From contig NC_057755.1 in assembly GCF_004010195.1 (NCBI RefSeq), positions 3,167,197-3,203,913 on the forward strand: a stretch of 36,717 nt of DNA, read 5' to 3'. Origin of the DNA: Chiloscyllium plagiosum (Eukaryota). The notes beneath the pieces were generated by a model that ran no database searches, was not told where the DNA came from, and saw only the letters and a list, made by a program, of their open reading frames with translations. The position numbers and the translations under genes were made by a program. Shown piece after piece: positions 36,633-36,717 of this stretch (positions are counted from its first letter, which is position 1; every line of letters begins with the position of its first letter).

Positions 36633-36717
36633 CCCAAGTCCCTCCTCCCTACCTTTTATCTTAGCCTGCTGGAAACCCAAGTCCCTCCTCCCTACCTTTT
36701 ATCTTAGCCTGCTGGAA
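36633..36717 (+). repeat. 43-bp direct duplication at the window end
   Basis: cccaagtccctcctccctaccttttatcttagcctgctggaa at 36633 and 36676. Confidence 0.85.

Overview
Eukaryotic DNA from a shark or other elasmobranch (judged from HE1/V-SINE, CR1-type LINEs, Penelope-derived hairpin elements and a shark-type GPR139-like gene), with three assembly gaps. The main hidden structure is on the minus strand, at about 1.2-24 kb. A degenerate tandem repeat of about 0.6-0.8 kb carries one short exon per copy. Most are 42 nt; others are 33, 36 or possibly 48 nt. Most copies have a CTAAC branch point, and all intact ones have a polypyrimidine-CAG acceptor and a GT donor (mostly GTGAG). About 14 copies are intact, frame-preserving and phase 0; the 42-nt ones encode 14-aa K/S/T-rich repeats (e.g. 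KGTKSGILKKGTDL, TVSRTALAMKSTDP, TGSRFGLDTKSLSQ). They can splice in frame into a 111-nt unique exon at 1200-1310. At least four other copies are dead. The host gene is not identified. The right half holds a two-exon GPR139-like GPCR pseudogene (+), Penelope remnants with hammerhead-ribozyme-like cores, a 3.8-kb 29-bp minisatellite and LINE fragments. Most long ORFs in the track are minisatellite or N-gap artefacts.
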